Part shown: positions 1-9,339 of the stretch, piece by piece
How positions within the stretch are numbered: position 1 is the stretch's first letter
Layout: each line of letters starts with the position of its first letter
DNA from: a virus
Direction: 5' to 3' (one strand)
DNA length: 64,000 nt
Virus record (IMG/VR): IMGVR_UViG_3300025115_000007
Span: 2,708-66,707 of that record
Made by a program: the position numbers and the translations under genes
Notes under the pieces: generated by a model
The model's database searches: none
What the model was told of the DNA's origin: nothing
What the model saw: the letters and a program-made list of their open reading frames with translations, nothing else

Positions 1-14
1 CTGTTTGTCAAGGG

Positions 15-773
15 TCAATCCATCATTTCCATCAGTTCATCATAGGAGATGATCTTGGTGCCATACTTCCTGGCCTTTTGAAGCTTGGAGCTGTTGCCAC
101 CAACATCCTCACAGGCAAGATAATCAGTATCCTTGGATACAGATTTCACGGAGCCACCTCTATCCTCAATCATCTCTGTCAACTCTTTCCGGCCAAGAGG
201 CCCGGCACCTGTCATCGCAAACACTTTACCGCTAATCATACTTTTTTTCTCCTCCGTAAATTTCAGGCCCTTAGCAACCAGGTAGTGATATGTATCTTCA
301 AATGTACAAATGTTATCCACAAAGCTTTTGGAAATTGTTGGTCCAAGACCCAAATCATCGGATTCCGTTAGGTGGAACAGTTGGTCAAACGCATACCTGG
401 ATGTGATGGCCTTTGAGGCCGTTCTGCCAACCAACGGCATACCAAATGCTGCCAACAGCTTGTGAGGCCTTGTGGTTAGTGATTTGGTTAATTGGTCCAT
501 AATCTCCGATGCCCGTTTATAACCAAACCCCTCGGTGTCCATAATTATATCTTCTGTCAGGTCATAAAGGTCCTCAATGGTCCGGACGTTAAGTTTCAGT
601 AAAGTTGTGGCCGATATGGTCTCAATTTCCATGGTTCTGATAAAGTGTTCCACATGGTAGGTCTGCTTGGCAACACAGGCCGGATTGGCACATACAAGGT
701 GAACACCTTGCCATACGATGGGTTTATAACAGGAGGGGCAAGTGTCAGGTACATATTTTACTGTATTTTTCAT
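15..773 (-). CDS. ligA: NAD-dependent DNA ligase, C-terminal part (Zn finger, HhH, BRCT)
   Basis: CPSC..C.NPAC Zn finger, HhH repeats (GFGYKRA, GMPLVG), BRCT (FAMTGAG..SVSKDTDYL..SSKLQKARKYGTKII); own RBS and promoter. Confidence 0.9.
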   Translation of the reverse strand: MKNTVKYVPDTCPSCYKPIVWQGVHLVCANPACVAKQTYHVEHFIRTMEIETISATTLLKLNVRTIEDLYDLTEDIIMDTEGFGYKRASEIMDQLTKSLTTRPHKLLAAFGMPLVGRTASKAITSRYAFDQLFHLTESDDLGLGPTISKSFVDNICTFEDTYHYLVAKGLKFTEEKKSMISGKVFAMTGAGPLGRKELTEMIEDRGGSVKSVSKDTDYLACEDVGGNSSKLQKARKYGTKIISYDELMEMMD

Positions 774-792
774 ATATCCTCACTTTTATGGT

Positions 793-821
793 AGTATATC
801 ACATGGAAAACAAATTGTCAA
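793..821 (-). promoter_or_regulatory. sigma70-type early promoter for ligase C-part
   Basis: TTGACA-17-TATACT on minus strand. Confidence 0.8.
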
Positions 822-857
822 GGCTTATTTTGATAGGTTGACATATGAGCGCACTTA

Positions 858-954
858 TATAAATAGGTATGAGAAGGTAATCCGGGTGATGGAGTCACAC
901 CGGAAACAGTAGGAGAACCTTACCGCTGTCCCTTCCACATATCACTTATTTATA
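858..954 (+). ncRNA. conserved structured leader motif, copy 1
   Basis: TATAAATA..GAAGGTAATCCGG..CCGGAAACAG..CTGTCCCTTC..TATTTATA; repeated at 42852 and 50365. Confidence 0.7.
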
Positions 955-968
955 AGGAGAACATCAAT

Positions 969-1829
969 ATGTCAACCAAACTAACCTATGATTTTATAAA
1001 ACAATATATCGAGTCTTTTGGCTATAAATTATTGAGTAATGAGTATCCAAATTCAGGGATAAAATTACAAATACAATGTTTGGAAGGACACGTATACAAG
1101 GCAGCGTGGAATACTTTTCAAGCAGGTCATAGATGCAAAAAATGTAAGTATATCAAACACGCCATAAATGAGAGACTTCCATATAATGATGTGAAAAACT
1201 ATATCGAAAATACTGGCTACAAATTACTAGATGATACATATAGTGGAGTAGGTATAAAACTAAAAATGATGTGTCAAAACAACCATATATGTCACATTTC
1301 ATATGATAACTATAAACATGGAAGAAGATGTGGACAATGTTACCAGAAAAAACAATATACATACATTGATGCCAAAAATTATATAGAGTCTAGTGGTTAT
1401 AAAAAATGTCAATTCCTCTCTAAAGGTCAAATGTCCAAAAGGCCATGTTTACAACACCAGACTTAGTAATTTCCAAAGGGGTAAAAGATGCCAAATATGT
1501 TGGGAATGCCAAACATACTCAAAACCAGAAAAAGAAATACTTGAATATGTTAAAAAAATATATACCGGTATAGTGAAACCCAATGATAAAAAAAACAAAT
1601 TACTAATCCATTAACCAAACGAAAGCTTGAACTAGACATATGGTTACCGGATACTAATAAAGCTATTGAATATAATGGCTCTTATTGGCATAGCTTACCG
1701 GAAAGACAATCTTGTGATATGGTAAAACAAGAACAATGTCGAATAAAAGGCATTGATCTATTGGTTATTCATGAGGATCAATGGTTACAAAACAAAGATT
1801 GGTCACTCATTGATAATTTTCTACGATAA
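969..1829 (+). pseudogene. homing endonuclease-like gene (Cys/His repeats + Vsr/PD-(D/E)XK domain), two frameshifts
   Basis: Three frames join into a paralog of 42952..43815; last piece reads ELDIWLPDTNKAIEYNGSYWH..FLR*; shifts near A-runs at ~1400 and ~1590. Confidence 0.75.
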
Positions 1830-2861
1830 TATATCCACTATATGGGGTATAACTTCTCCCGCACGAATTATGGTCACTATGGTGTCTTGTTGAATTTTAT
1901 TTTCCTTAATAAATAAGGCGTTAAACCCCGTTGCTTTTGAAATGGTTACGCCACCAATATCTATTGGTTCGAGTAATACAGTTGGTATAACTCTACCTAA
2001 CCGGCTGGTATTCCATTCAACACTAACAACCTTTGCCTCTATAGCTTCGGTGTTGCATTTGAACGCAACTTTATTTTCTGGAATCATGATGTTTTCGCGT
2101 AATGAATTATATACCACAATAACTAAGCCATCTATATCGTACTCCTCATCGGTTTTCCATTCAACCAATTTATCCACAAGAAATTCTGACATATTACCGG
2201 CGTTCTCAAATACCCGAGACTTTGGTGTAGATAAACCAATGGTTTGCAAAATTTTATCAGCCTCATATGCTGTAATTGACTTTCCATTGCGTACTATAAC
2301 TTCATAAAATACAGGACTAATTAATTCGACGTGTTCTAACCCCTTCCGGTTGGTAATACCAACCACACCATTACGTCGGTTCTTATAGCCAAGCTTCGTT
2401 ATATCAACGTCCTTCTTTAATACCAACTCACCACGGAATATAATTTTATCATTTGTGTTGATTTCCGGACAAATCACTTTTAGTTTATCACTAATATCTT
2501 GACCATATGAGCCATCACCTCTAGTGGCTCCGCGGACAACAACACCATTATTGTATTCTATATAAAATGATATTCCATCAAGTTTAGACATGACCTGGAA
2601 TGGACCCTTGTGGGAATCAAGCCAGGCCTTGACTGTATCAACCTTTACCTTATCCAATGAGCCAAGCACATATGGCAACTTGACCTTCTCACCGGCCGTG
2701 CTGGAACCAACTGTCTGGAAGTATGGATGGTCGGGCCAGAGAGTTTTGGCTTCGGTTTTTAGCCTGTCATATTGAGTATCAGATACCGAAGTCTTACCAA
2801 GGGTATGGTATTGTTTATCCCACTGTTTCAGTTGGCGTATTGTGGTGTCTTTGTTCATCAT
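1821..2861 (-). CDS. ligA: NAD-dependent DNA ligase, N-terminal part (adenylation + OB domains)
   Basis: SD..YD, SLDKV, KLDG, ATRGDG, RGE, DGLVI, AFK, RAGEVIP motifs. Confidence 0.92.
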   Translation of the reverse strand: MMNKDTTIRQLKQWDKQYHTLGKTSVSDTQYDRLKTEAKTLWPDHPYFQTVGSSTAGEKVKLPYVLGSLDKVKVDTVKAWLDSHKGPFQVMSKLDGISFYIEYNNGVVVRGATRGDGSYGQDISDKLKVICPEINTNDKIIFRGELVLKKDVDITKLGYKNRRNGVVGITNRKGLEHVELISPVFYEVIVRNGKSITAYEADKILQTIGLSTPKSRVFENAGNMSEFLVDKLVEWKTDEEYDIDGLVIVVYNSLRENIMIPENKVAFKCNTEAIEAKVVSVEWNTSRLGRVIPTVLLEPIDIGGVTISKATGFNALFIKENKIQQDTIVTIIRAGEVIPHIVDILS

Positions 2862-3169
2862 TTGACCTCTTTAATGAGTATAATCCGTTTGTCTGCCGGA
2901 ATCATTTCTATGATTTCCTGAAACGTCGGTGCTGGTCCACCTTCATTTACTTCACGTCGTAATCCATCCGCATTTACACCAAACTCATGTGTCCACACAG
3001 GCCGACCGATTGTTTTTTCAACCGCTTCGTGGAACACAGAAAATGGCATACAGAGCAATTTCTGGTTGATTTGGAACCGAGCTATGTCTTTCTGGCTCAT
3101 CTTCTCCCAAAATTTTGACTCGGCCAATGCAACAGCTTGTTCTTTGGTCAATATGTTATTTCCTTTCAC
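2858..3169 (-). CDS. conserved hypothetical phage protein
   Basis: ORF overlapping ligase start, downstream of TTGACA-17-TATAAT promoter. Confidence 0.7.
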   Translation of the reverse strand: MKGNNILTKEQAVALAESKFWEKMSQKDIARFQINQKLLCMPFSVFHEAVEKTIGRPVWTHEFGVNADGLRREVNEGGPAPTFQEIIEMIPADKRIILIKEVK

Positions 3170-3275
3170 ACCAAATATAGATATATTTTACCCATTTTTA
3201 GATATTTCTTGGTTGTATTATACCACAATCACAATGTTTTGTCAAATAAAATGTTCATCAATAGTATCATATACT

Positions 3276-3352
3276 TGGCGAGCCGGCAAGGATTTGAACC
3301 CTGATCTTACCGCTTTGGAGGCGGATATGCTATACCGTTGCACCACCGACTC
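3276..3352 (-). tRNA. tRNA-Trp(CCA)
   Basis: cloverleaf, loop CT-CCA-AA, encoded CCA end. Confidence 0.9.
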
Positions 3353-3355
3353 GTA

Positions 3356-3541
3356 TTAGTGAAGGGTTTCATCCCTTGGCATCAGTTCTCTCATGTACCG
3401 GATCTGATCCTTGAACGCCTCTATCAGCTTGTCCTTCTCATATACAGACCAGGCTAGCTCCTTGTTGGCATCTATCAAGGTTTTCACGTCCTGCTCAAGA
3501 CAGGATATGCGATACAGCAGGTTGTGGGTTTCTTGGTCCAT
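3356..3541 (-). CDS. hypothetical coiled-coil protein
   Basis: RBS GAGGAGG, packed operon. Confidence 0.6.
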   Translation of the reverse strand: MDQETHNLLYRISCLEQDVKTLIDANKELAWSVYEKDKLIEAFKDQIRYMRELMPRDETLH

Positions 3542-3544
3542 GGG

Positions 3545-3904
3545 TTAAAGGGCCTCCTCATAGGCTTTATAGGCCACAAGTACATCGGTGAGTTCTTCGG
3601 AAAGGACAATGAGTACTTTCCAGCTATATTTACCATACATATTCTCAATGGCCTGGATGACCTCTCTTGGATCCCTTGGAGGTTCAACGGCGGTACCTAT
3701 TTCCAAGATAACTGGTGGATTCTTCCGGTAAGCGTAGACAGTGGCACCGGAAACTTCCACGCCTTGTGTGAGTGCCGCAGCAACCACTTCATTGGCGGTA
3801 CTCTTCGGCATTTTTCTAATAAGTCCACAAACAATGACCTTATCCTCGTAAGTAAGACGTTCACCCTTTCTACTAGGGGCTGATGTTACCGACTGTTCAT
3901 TCAT
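3545..3904 (-). CDS. hypothetical protein, possible HTH
   Basis: overlapping stop/start with upstream gene; VSGATVYAYRK helix. Confidence 0.6.
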   Translation of the reverse strand: MNEQSVTSAPSRKGERLTYEDKVIVCGLIRKMPKSTANEVVAAALTQGVEVSGATVYAYRKNPPVILEIGTAVEPPRDPREVIQAIENMYGKYSWKVLIVLSEELTDVLVAYKAYEEAL

Positions 3905-4503
3905 CTTTTGGTCCTTTCTTTGAGTTGGGTTAATAGATCCTTGCTTATCCGGTCTTTATAGGTATCAATATCCTCATTAAGGAAGAGGATGGTAAAATCG
4001 GTACACTCGGCAAACCTCATCCAACAGATACAGACAGAGCCACAGTCTCTATCCTTCAACAATTTCTCCAAGTCTTCCAGGATGAATCCATATGGCACCT
4101 CAAAGGCAAAAATCAGCTCGGCATCAATGAATCCACATACTATTAGGCGCGCCTTTTCGCCAAGGTCTCTAATACCGCCGAGTATCTTTAGTGAAAGATG
4201 ACTCCACGAACACTTTCCAGCTAAGTTTCCTGTGTATTGACCCTTGATCTCAAAAAACACATCATCGAGTTTGCCATCGAATGAGTCGGACTTGAGCCAC
4301 ATTATACCCCTTATAGCACATATCTCACGTTCCACATCTTTAGGGTTACACATTTTCAACCGGCGGATGCAGTGGGCTAAGCCCAGAGCATAGTCTGGTA
4401 GATAAGGAAACTTTTCAGTGAGATAGGCATCAAAGGCCTTAACTGTATGAAAGTGGCCATAAGCATTATCTATGGTATCAAGGACAATCTTACTTGGATA
4501 CAT
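3901..4503 (-). CDS. hypothetical protein, possible PD-(D/E)XK nuclease
   Basis: FDG....FFEIK motif; RBS GGAG, sigma70-like promoter at ~4531-4559. Confidence 0.5.
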   Translation of the reverse strand: MYPSKIVLDTIDNAYGHFHTVKAFDAYLTEKFPYLPDYALGLAHCIRRLKMCNPKDVEREICAIRGIMWLKSDSFDGKLDDVFFEIKGQYTGNLAGKCSWSHLSLKILGGIRDLGEKARLIVCGFIDAELIFAFEVPYGFILEDLEKLLKDRDCGSVCICWMRFAECTDFTILFLNEDIDTYKDRISKDLLTQLKERTKR

Positions 4504-4568
4504 CTTTTATCTCCACAAATTTGATAGACCATACTATCATATTACAACACGTTTGTCAAGTAAATCTT

Positions 4569-4642
4569 TGGGTAACTGCCGGGAATCGAACCCGAGTGAA
4601 CAGGGCCACAGCCTGTGGCTTTACCACTAAGCTACAGTCACC
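4569..4642 (-). tRNA. tRNA-His(GTG)
   Basis: cloverleaf with G-1 and C73, CCA. Confidence 0.9.
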
Positions 4643-4648
4643 ATAATA

Positions 4649-4745
4649 TAGTGGTGAGGAATCGAACCTCACAGTAAACAGCCTTATCCTCTGTACTTCT
4701 GGCACTGGGTTCCTTTGGATAAGTGTGCCTCTGTTTACTCCTCCA
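4649..4745 (-). ncRNA. tRNA-like RNA with T-arm and internal pseudoknot
   Basis: TGAGG-TTCGATT-CCTCA T-arm; stem GTAAACAG/CTGTTTAC enclosing crossing pairs GGCAC/GTGCC and TTATCC/GGATAA. Confidence 0.5.
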
Positions 4746-4753
4746 GGACGTTT

Positions 4754-4828
4754 TGGAGCGTCCGGCCGGAGTTCCACCGGCATCTTACACCTTGGAAGGG
4801 TGGAGCCTTAGTATTAGACCACGAACAC
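4754..4828 (-). tRNA. tRNA-Gly(TCC)
   Basis: loop CT-TCC-AA, U73, CCA; atypical T loop. Confidence 0.75.
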
Positions 4829-4836
4829 TGATGTTT

Positions 4837-4911
4837 TGGAGCGGGGCACCAGACTCAAACTGGTATCTGATTGACTGGCGGTCAACCGCTTTATCATTAA
4901 GCTAACCCCGC
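4837..4911 (-). tRNA. tRNA-Gly(GCC)
   Basis: loop CC-GCC-AG, U73, CCA. Confidence 0.75.
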
Positions 4912-4993
4912 TGTGATCCTATGTTGGCGGATGGGTTGGTAAGTCCGGAAGCTCCGGTATTCTACAACCAATCGATGCACCAACTTGTGTATT

Positions 4994-5066
4994 TGGTAGC
5001 GGCGGACAGAATCGAACTGTCTAAGATGGCGTTATGAGCGCCACTGGGCTTCCAAGCCTCGCCGCA
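4994..5066 (-). tRNA. tRNA-Met(CAT), short D-arm, 1:72 mismatch (initiator-like)
   Basis: loop CT-CAT-AA, GTTCGATT T loop, CCA. Confidence 0.7.
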
Positions 5067-5073
5067 ATAAATC

Positions 5074-5148
5074 TGGTAGAGCATCCGGATCTTGAAACCG
5101 GACCTATGGCTTGAAGGGCCATTGTACTGACCTTTATACTAATGCTCT
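5074..5148 (-). tRNA. tRNA-Glu(TTC)
   Basis: stem ATGGC/GCCAT, loop CC-TTC-AA, CCA. Confidence 0.7.
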
Positions 5149-5356
5149 ATACATCACTAACCTTAACGACTTGGTTGGGTTTCTGTAGGATTTCAAGGTC
5201 CCAACCGGTCGGTACATTCCATGTGTTTCTATAAGATATCTTTAGGGCGGTAGGTGTGAATTTGATAACCGTTCCTATGACCAGTGAACGGTATTTTGGT
5301 GCTATCATTACCACCTTATCTCCGAGGGATATTTCCTTACCAACAAAGTCTCTCAT
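5147..5356 (-). CDS. hypothetical protein (KOW/SH3-like)
   Basis: D..G.EI.LGD.V pattern; overlapping start/stop. Confidence 0.6.
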   Translation of the reverse strand: MRDFVGKEISLGDKVVMIAPKYRSLVIGTVIKFTPTALKISYRNTWNVPTGWDLEILQKPNQVVKVSDV

Positions 5357-5700
5357 ATGCTCCTCAAACTGTCTAAAAATTCATCAGTATCCATATCATT
5401 ACCGACTTTCCAATATTCTATTAAAAGCTCCTTGTTTAAGTCAATCCAGTTCAGTACTTCCGCAAACTCCTCAACTTTTATCTTTACCTTGCCTTCCATA
5501 ACCTTCTTGGTGACAATGGAAACTGTGAAACAGTCATCTGTTCTGAACTTACCATATACATTGCTCACCTTTATACGCGGAGAATGAGCCAATTCTTTAT
5601 CCCCTTGGCTATACACATGTACATGAACCTTCTTAATACCGGTGCGTCGGCTTCCAATATTAGCAAACTCATACAGGTATTTTTCCACACTACACCCCAT
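5353..5700 (-). CDS. DUF4160-like protein
   Basis: HSPRIKV ... WIDLNKELLIEYW pattern; start trimmed. Confidence 0.55.
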   Translation of the reverse strand: MGCSVEKYLYEFANIGSRRTGIKKVHVHVYSQGDKELAHSPRIKVSNVYGKFRTDDCFTVSIVTKKVMEGKVKIKVEEFAEVLNWIDLNKELLIEYWKVGNDMDTDEFLDSLRSI

Positions 5701-6013
5701 TTGCTGCAACAATCTTACTGACTTCAATAGCCTTACGGACATCCCAGTATTTATCAGTGTCCACCTCGAAGCCGCGAACGTTCAATTCCTTCAATTCACT
5801 GAAGGAAACATAGCCCCACTCAGCGTTTTGGAGGTCGTTATTGAGGATCGCAAACCCAAAGAACATGTCTTTGCCATCATATTCCGCAATATACCAGTCA
5901 CAGGCTCCAATGAAGAAGTGCAGGTAGATCATCTTGTCCTTGGCCTTGATCTTCTCCGTGGAATACAGTTTCGGAACCTTTGCCAGCATAGCCTTTGTAG
6001 GTTTAGCCCACAT
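5690..6013 (-). CDS. DUF2958-like protein
   Basis: P.LYSTE, HFF....WYIAEYD...FFG....EWGYVSFSEL; RBS AGGAGG. Confidence 0.75.
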   Translation of the reverse strand: MWAKPTKAMLAKVPKLYSTEKIKAKDKMIYLHFFIGACDWYIAEYDGKDMFFGFAILNNDLQNAEWGYVSFSELKELNVRGFEVDTDKYWDVRKAIEVSKIVAANGV

Positions 6014-6185
6014 TTTTGGCCTCCTTGATTGATATTTTATAGCATTCCAGCATCGGTCTATATTTACCATGAGCTACCGCGTTACCTTTCCTGTCCTTCA
6101 AGAACCAGACAGTGCCACCAACATGGACGCGATCAATATACCAACCTGTTTTCTCATCTCTCTTGACCGTCTTAACCGATGACAT
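6003..6185 (-). CDS. hypothetical early protein
   Basis: RBS GAGGTG and TTGACA-17-TATAAT at ~6214-6242. Confidence 0.55.
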   Translation of the reverse strand: MSSVKTVKRDEKTGWYIDRVHVGGTVWFLKDRKGNAVAHGKYRPMLECYKISIKEAKNVG

Positions 6186-6271
6186 ATCAACACCTCTCTT
6201 ATTTGTTGGAAGTATTATATCATAATATCTATACCATGTCAAGAAAAATGTTATGTAATGGATTCGATGGT

Positions 6272-6481
6272 TTACGGACGTCTTTTGAGATCGTATATTT
6301 CTTTGTTGATGACCACCGCACCAATTTTTTGAGCTTCCATCAACTTTGGTAGTATAATCAACTGTTGAGCAAAGTATGTACCACAAAGGAATCCCACCAG
6401 AAATATCGTTAGAAACCAAAAGCCTATTTTATATAACATACCTTGTTTTTCTTTAGATGGAACTAGTTTATCCAATGTCAT
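6272..6481 (-). CDS. small membrane protein
   Basis: one hydrophobic helix; coupled to SLT gene. Confidence 0.55.
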   Translation of the reverse strand: MTLDKLVPSKEKQGMLYKIGFWFLTIFLVGFLCGTYFAQQLIILPKLMEAQKIGAVVINKEIYDLKRRP

Positions 6482-6969
6482 ACGTGAGCCTCCAGTCTTT
6501 TAGATATGTGTAAAACCTTATCTGCTTGTCTCCAACCCTCCGGATGATCTGATGACCAACCTTTGTATAGAACTATTGCTTTTCTGTAATCCCCTTTAGC
6601 CAAAAATAGCTTCTCGGTAAATATACGGCTGCCTATAAGGACATTGGCATCCTCGTAATATACGGCGTGTGGAATTTGCATCAGGCCTTTATATTGCTTC
6701 TTGGAAACAGCATGAGTCTTGAATGAGGACTCGGAAAACATCAATGCCAGTATAAATGTTTCCTTTAGACCTGTTTGTTTGGATGCTATACCTATTGCAT
6801 TAAGGATTTTTTCACCAGGATCACCCAATCCGGTTTTCATCGCGGCCAGTTTTAATGGGTTTTCTTTGGTTTCTATGTTGCCATTGACGGGGTGAATCAT
6901 GGATGAAATTGATTGTACCTGATATGTCAAGGCCAATGTTAGCAAAATCGCTATTGTAGCTCGTTTCAT
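6478..6969 (-). CDS. lytic transglycosylase (SLT domain)
   Basis: ESSF..AVS....GLMQ..N...G..Y motifs, signal peptide. Confidence 0.85.
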   Translation of the reverse strand: MKRATIAILLTLALTYQVQSISSMIHPVNGNIETKENPLKLAAMKTGLGDPGEKILNAIGIASKQTGLKETFILALMFSESSFKTHAVSKKQYKGLMQIPHAVYYEDANVLIGSRIFTEKLFLAKGDYRKAIVLYKGWSSDHPEGWRQADKVLHISKRLEAHV

Positions 6970-7007
6970 ATGTACCTCCCTTCATACATATTGCACGGTT
7001 GCAATGG

Positions 7008-7283
7008 TTATTTGCCCTTGGACTTTTTGGACGCCTTCAAGGGATTGATCCTTTTCTTCTCCTCCTCTTTTACGACACGGTTGGTATTTAGAGGGCATCC
7101 TCCGAGCAGCGACCAACGTGCTTTTGGGCTAATATATACATTGCAATAACCCATTGGGTCTACATGTTTACATGTATCACATTTATCCACTACTGGTAAA
7201 CAAGTTAGTGGATACAATGTACACATGGACTTACCCATCAGGAAACACTCTTTTCCTGGTCTTGTGGTTATACATTTGGTCAT
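7008..7283 (-). CDS. PxxKW-family cysteine-rich protein
   Basis: multiple Cys, PKARW..GCPL.T, INPLKASKK C-terminus. Confidence 0.8.
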   Translation of the reverse strand: MTKCITTRPGKECFLMGKSMCTLYPLTCLPVVDKCDTCKHVDPMGYCNVYISPKARWSLLGGCPLNTNRVVKEEEKKRINPLKASKKSKGK

Positions 7284-7774
7284 CGTTTTGTCCTCAAGCT
7301 TATGAGATAGTTAAGGAAATCATTGAGTTTTTTGCTTTCCGACTCTGTAAGGTCATGTACTATAAAGTCGGCCACTCCTTCGATGTCATCCTCGGTCTGT
7401 TTGGTCGGCTTCCAGCCATTACCAAATAGCTTCTTTTCAAAAGCGGTGGGTGTAACATTGTACTGGGACTTGAAATCCGGTTGTATTCCTTCGTCGTTGA
7501 GAAGTAGGTAAAGTGTTTCGGTTTTCTCCCGGTAAATAATATTCCCGGAGGACTCTTTGTATTCCAAGGCCAAGTTAGCTCGGTTAATGGCCACACTTCG
7601 TCCGTAGACCTTTACCGGCGTTTCTTCAAACGAGCACATGGCCAATCCTCTATGGTAGAGGCCCTCCGAGTCTCTGAGCACGGCCACAGATATTCTTGGA
7701 GAACGGTGATCTCTACCAGATTTATCTCTCCATTCATACATGATGTAATAATTTTTCACAACTTCCGGTATCAT
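7280..7774 (-). CDS. hypothetical protein
   Basis: RBS GAGGAGG, operon packing. Confidence 0.65.
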   Translation of the reverse strand: MIPEVVKNYYIMYEWRDKSGRDHRSPRISVAVLRDSEGLYHRGLAMCSFEETPVKVYGRSVAINRANLALEYKESSGNIIYREKTETLYLLLNDEGIQPDFKSQYNVTPTAFEKKLFGNGWKPTKQTEDDIEGVADFIVHDLTESESKKLNDFLNYLISLRTKR

Positions 7775-7775
7775 T

Positions 7776-8069
7776 TTATTTTTCCTCCTCGTTTGGCTTA
7801 AAGATCATCCAATGGCTTATTTCATCCCTCCGGATCATCGTTTCAGCTTTTGATGTCCTAAAGATATACCACGGCTTACCATTTTTACCAAAATACCATT
7901 TGTAGAATGACTTCCATGGCAACCATATCTTTTTGGTAGGATTATAGGGCGCTGACATATCTATGGAATCTTGCCGACCTTTGATCCAAAGGTAAAACCT
8001 GACCTTTGGTGCGGGTTTAACTGGCACTATAACCTCCTTCACCAAACAGCCAATTTCTCCAAAATACAA
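7776..8069 (-). CDS. hypothetical protein
   Basis: RBS GGAGG, sigma70 promoter at ~8094-8122. Confidence 0.55.
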   Translation of the reverse strand: MYFGEIGCLVKEVIVPVKPAPKVRFYLWIKGRQDSIDMSAPYNPTKKIWLPWKSFYKWYFGKNGKPWYIFRTSKAETMIRRDEISHWMIFKPNEEEK

Positions 8070-8151
8070 ACATAGTTTACCTCCACATTACTCAGTATAT
8101 CATATGATGGATGATTTGTCAAGCAAAATGTTTATGAATGATAACAGGTAG

Positions 8152-8487
8152 TTAGAGTTGGACTACTATATTGACGGTGTTGATGTTTCTCTCTTCCTCG
8201 GCCTTGAATTTCAGCCTAAGGGTGTCAAGTATATCCACAAGCTTTTCAGTAAAATCATATAATTCCATGTTATAGGAAAAGGTTAATACACCATTGTTGC
8301 GTAATGACACATTAACCTCTCTGTCATCTTCGCCTAACTCTTGGCTAAATGAGCGTAACACGAATTTGATGTTTCTCGGTTTTTCAAGAACCGAGTAGAT
8401 CATCTTCGTGTCTTGTTTATCCAGCTTAGACTCAGTTACCATAGGATTGGTTGTAGGGGACTGTAGGTAATCACGTAGCTTTATCAT
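8152..8487 (-). CDS. late hypothetical protein (possible internal head protein)
   Basis: TATAAATA at 8529-8536, N-terminus MIKLRDYLQ. Confidence 0.6.
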   Translation of the reverse strand: MIKLRDYLQSPTTNPMVTESKLDKQDTKMIYSVLEKPRNIKFVLRSFSQELGEDDREVNVSLRNNGVLTFSYNMELYDFTEKLVDILDTLRLKFKAEEERNINTVNIVVQL

Positions 8488-8550
8488 ATACTCTCCTTAT
8501 AGGTCAAGGGGTATTAGCCCTCCTGACTTATTTATATAAAGAGTTCAATA

Positions 8551-9288
8551 CTAAGTTTCTTTTTTTGACATAAGGTAATAATTCTCACTGCCACTCTTGT
8601 TGGATGTGCGAACCATACCCAAACCTCGTTCCTTGACATAGTAGAATTCCATGGTAAAGTCATCCGATTCTATGATGGACATGAGGTTCACGATGTTTTT
8701 GTAATCAAGGCATATCGATACATCGGAATACTTTACCTGGCTGAGATCCACCCGGAAGCTGTTAGAAAACTTATTGGTCTTGTCACTGGTCTCAATATAG
8801 AATGAGCCTTTATCCACCCCAAAGTAGACCTTACCAAACTTGGATCCGATCTTCTTGATCTTCTCAAAAGTGTCATTGAATGACTTATCCACTTTGACCT
8901 GGTGAAACACCGGGAAACTGGCCTTCGGTTCAGTATGGCCAAAAACACTTACAATTTGAGGCGAGCAAAAGAAAACATGGGATGACTGATGGCCTGTGAG
9001 AAGGGTGATCTTCTCCTCACTAACCTTGATGACCGTTTCAGCCTCATCTATCAGGTTGAGGTAAGGCAAAAGGTTCTGAGCCGGATCAGCAAAGGAGAAG
9101 GACATATCGGTTTTTAGCTCCGGAAGCACATCATTCTCGGTCTTTAGTATGGCAATAACATCGCTTGCGGAGGAGATCATCTTGGACTCCACCAACCCCT
9201 TCTCAAAATTAAGCTGTACGGACTCAATGGAGTAGTTGACCGTAGCTTTACGCAGCAATTCCTTAAATTTTTCGATGTTGATAATCAT
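8551..9288 (-). CDS. gp45: sliding clamp (gp45-like)
   Basis: size, beta-rich composition, adjacent to clamp loader genes. Confidence 0.7.
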   Translation of the reverse strand: MIINIEKFKELLRKATVNYSIESVQLNFEKGLVESKMISSASDVIAILKTENDVLPELKTDMSFSFADPAQNLLPYLNLIDEAETVIKVSEEKITLLTGHQSSHVFFCSPQIVSVFGHTEPKASFPVFHQVKVDKSFNDTFEKIKKIGSKFGKVYFGVDKGSFYIETSDKTNKFSNSFRVDLSQVKYSDVSICLDYKNIVNLMSIIESDDFTMEFYYVKERGLGMVRTSNKSGSENYYLMSKKET

Positions 9289-9339
9289 AGGGTCTCCTTA
9301 GTTTTATTGAATTGTAACACACAGACAAGTTTTTGTAAA

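Noticed and set aside
873-935. Hammerhead ribozyme call for the repeated motif (has GAAAC..GTC and three stems)
   Set aside because: The essential CUGANGA core is absent (UAAUC instead).
4925-4984. Small hairpin element ending GCCA among tRNAs
   Set aside because: No T-arm or anticodon arm; too little support to call.
5074-5148. Opal suppressor or Sec tRNA (UCA)
   Set aside because: The stem ATGGC/GCCAT places TTC at 34-36; no long variable arm; no sign of stop-codon recoding in core genes.
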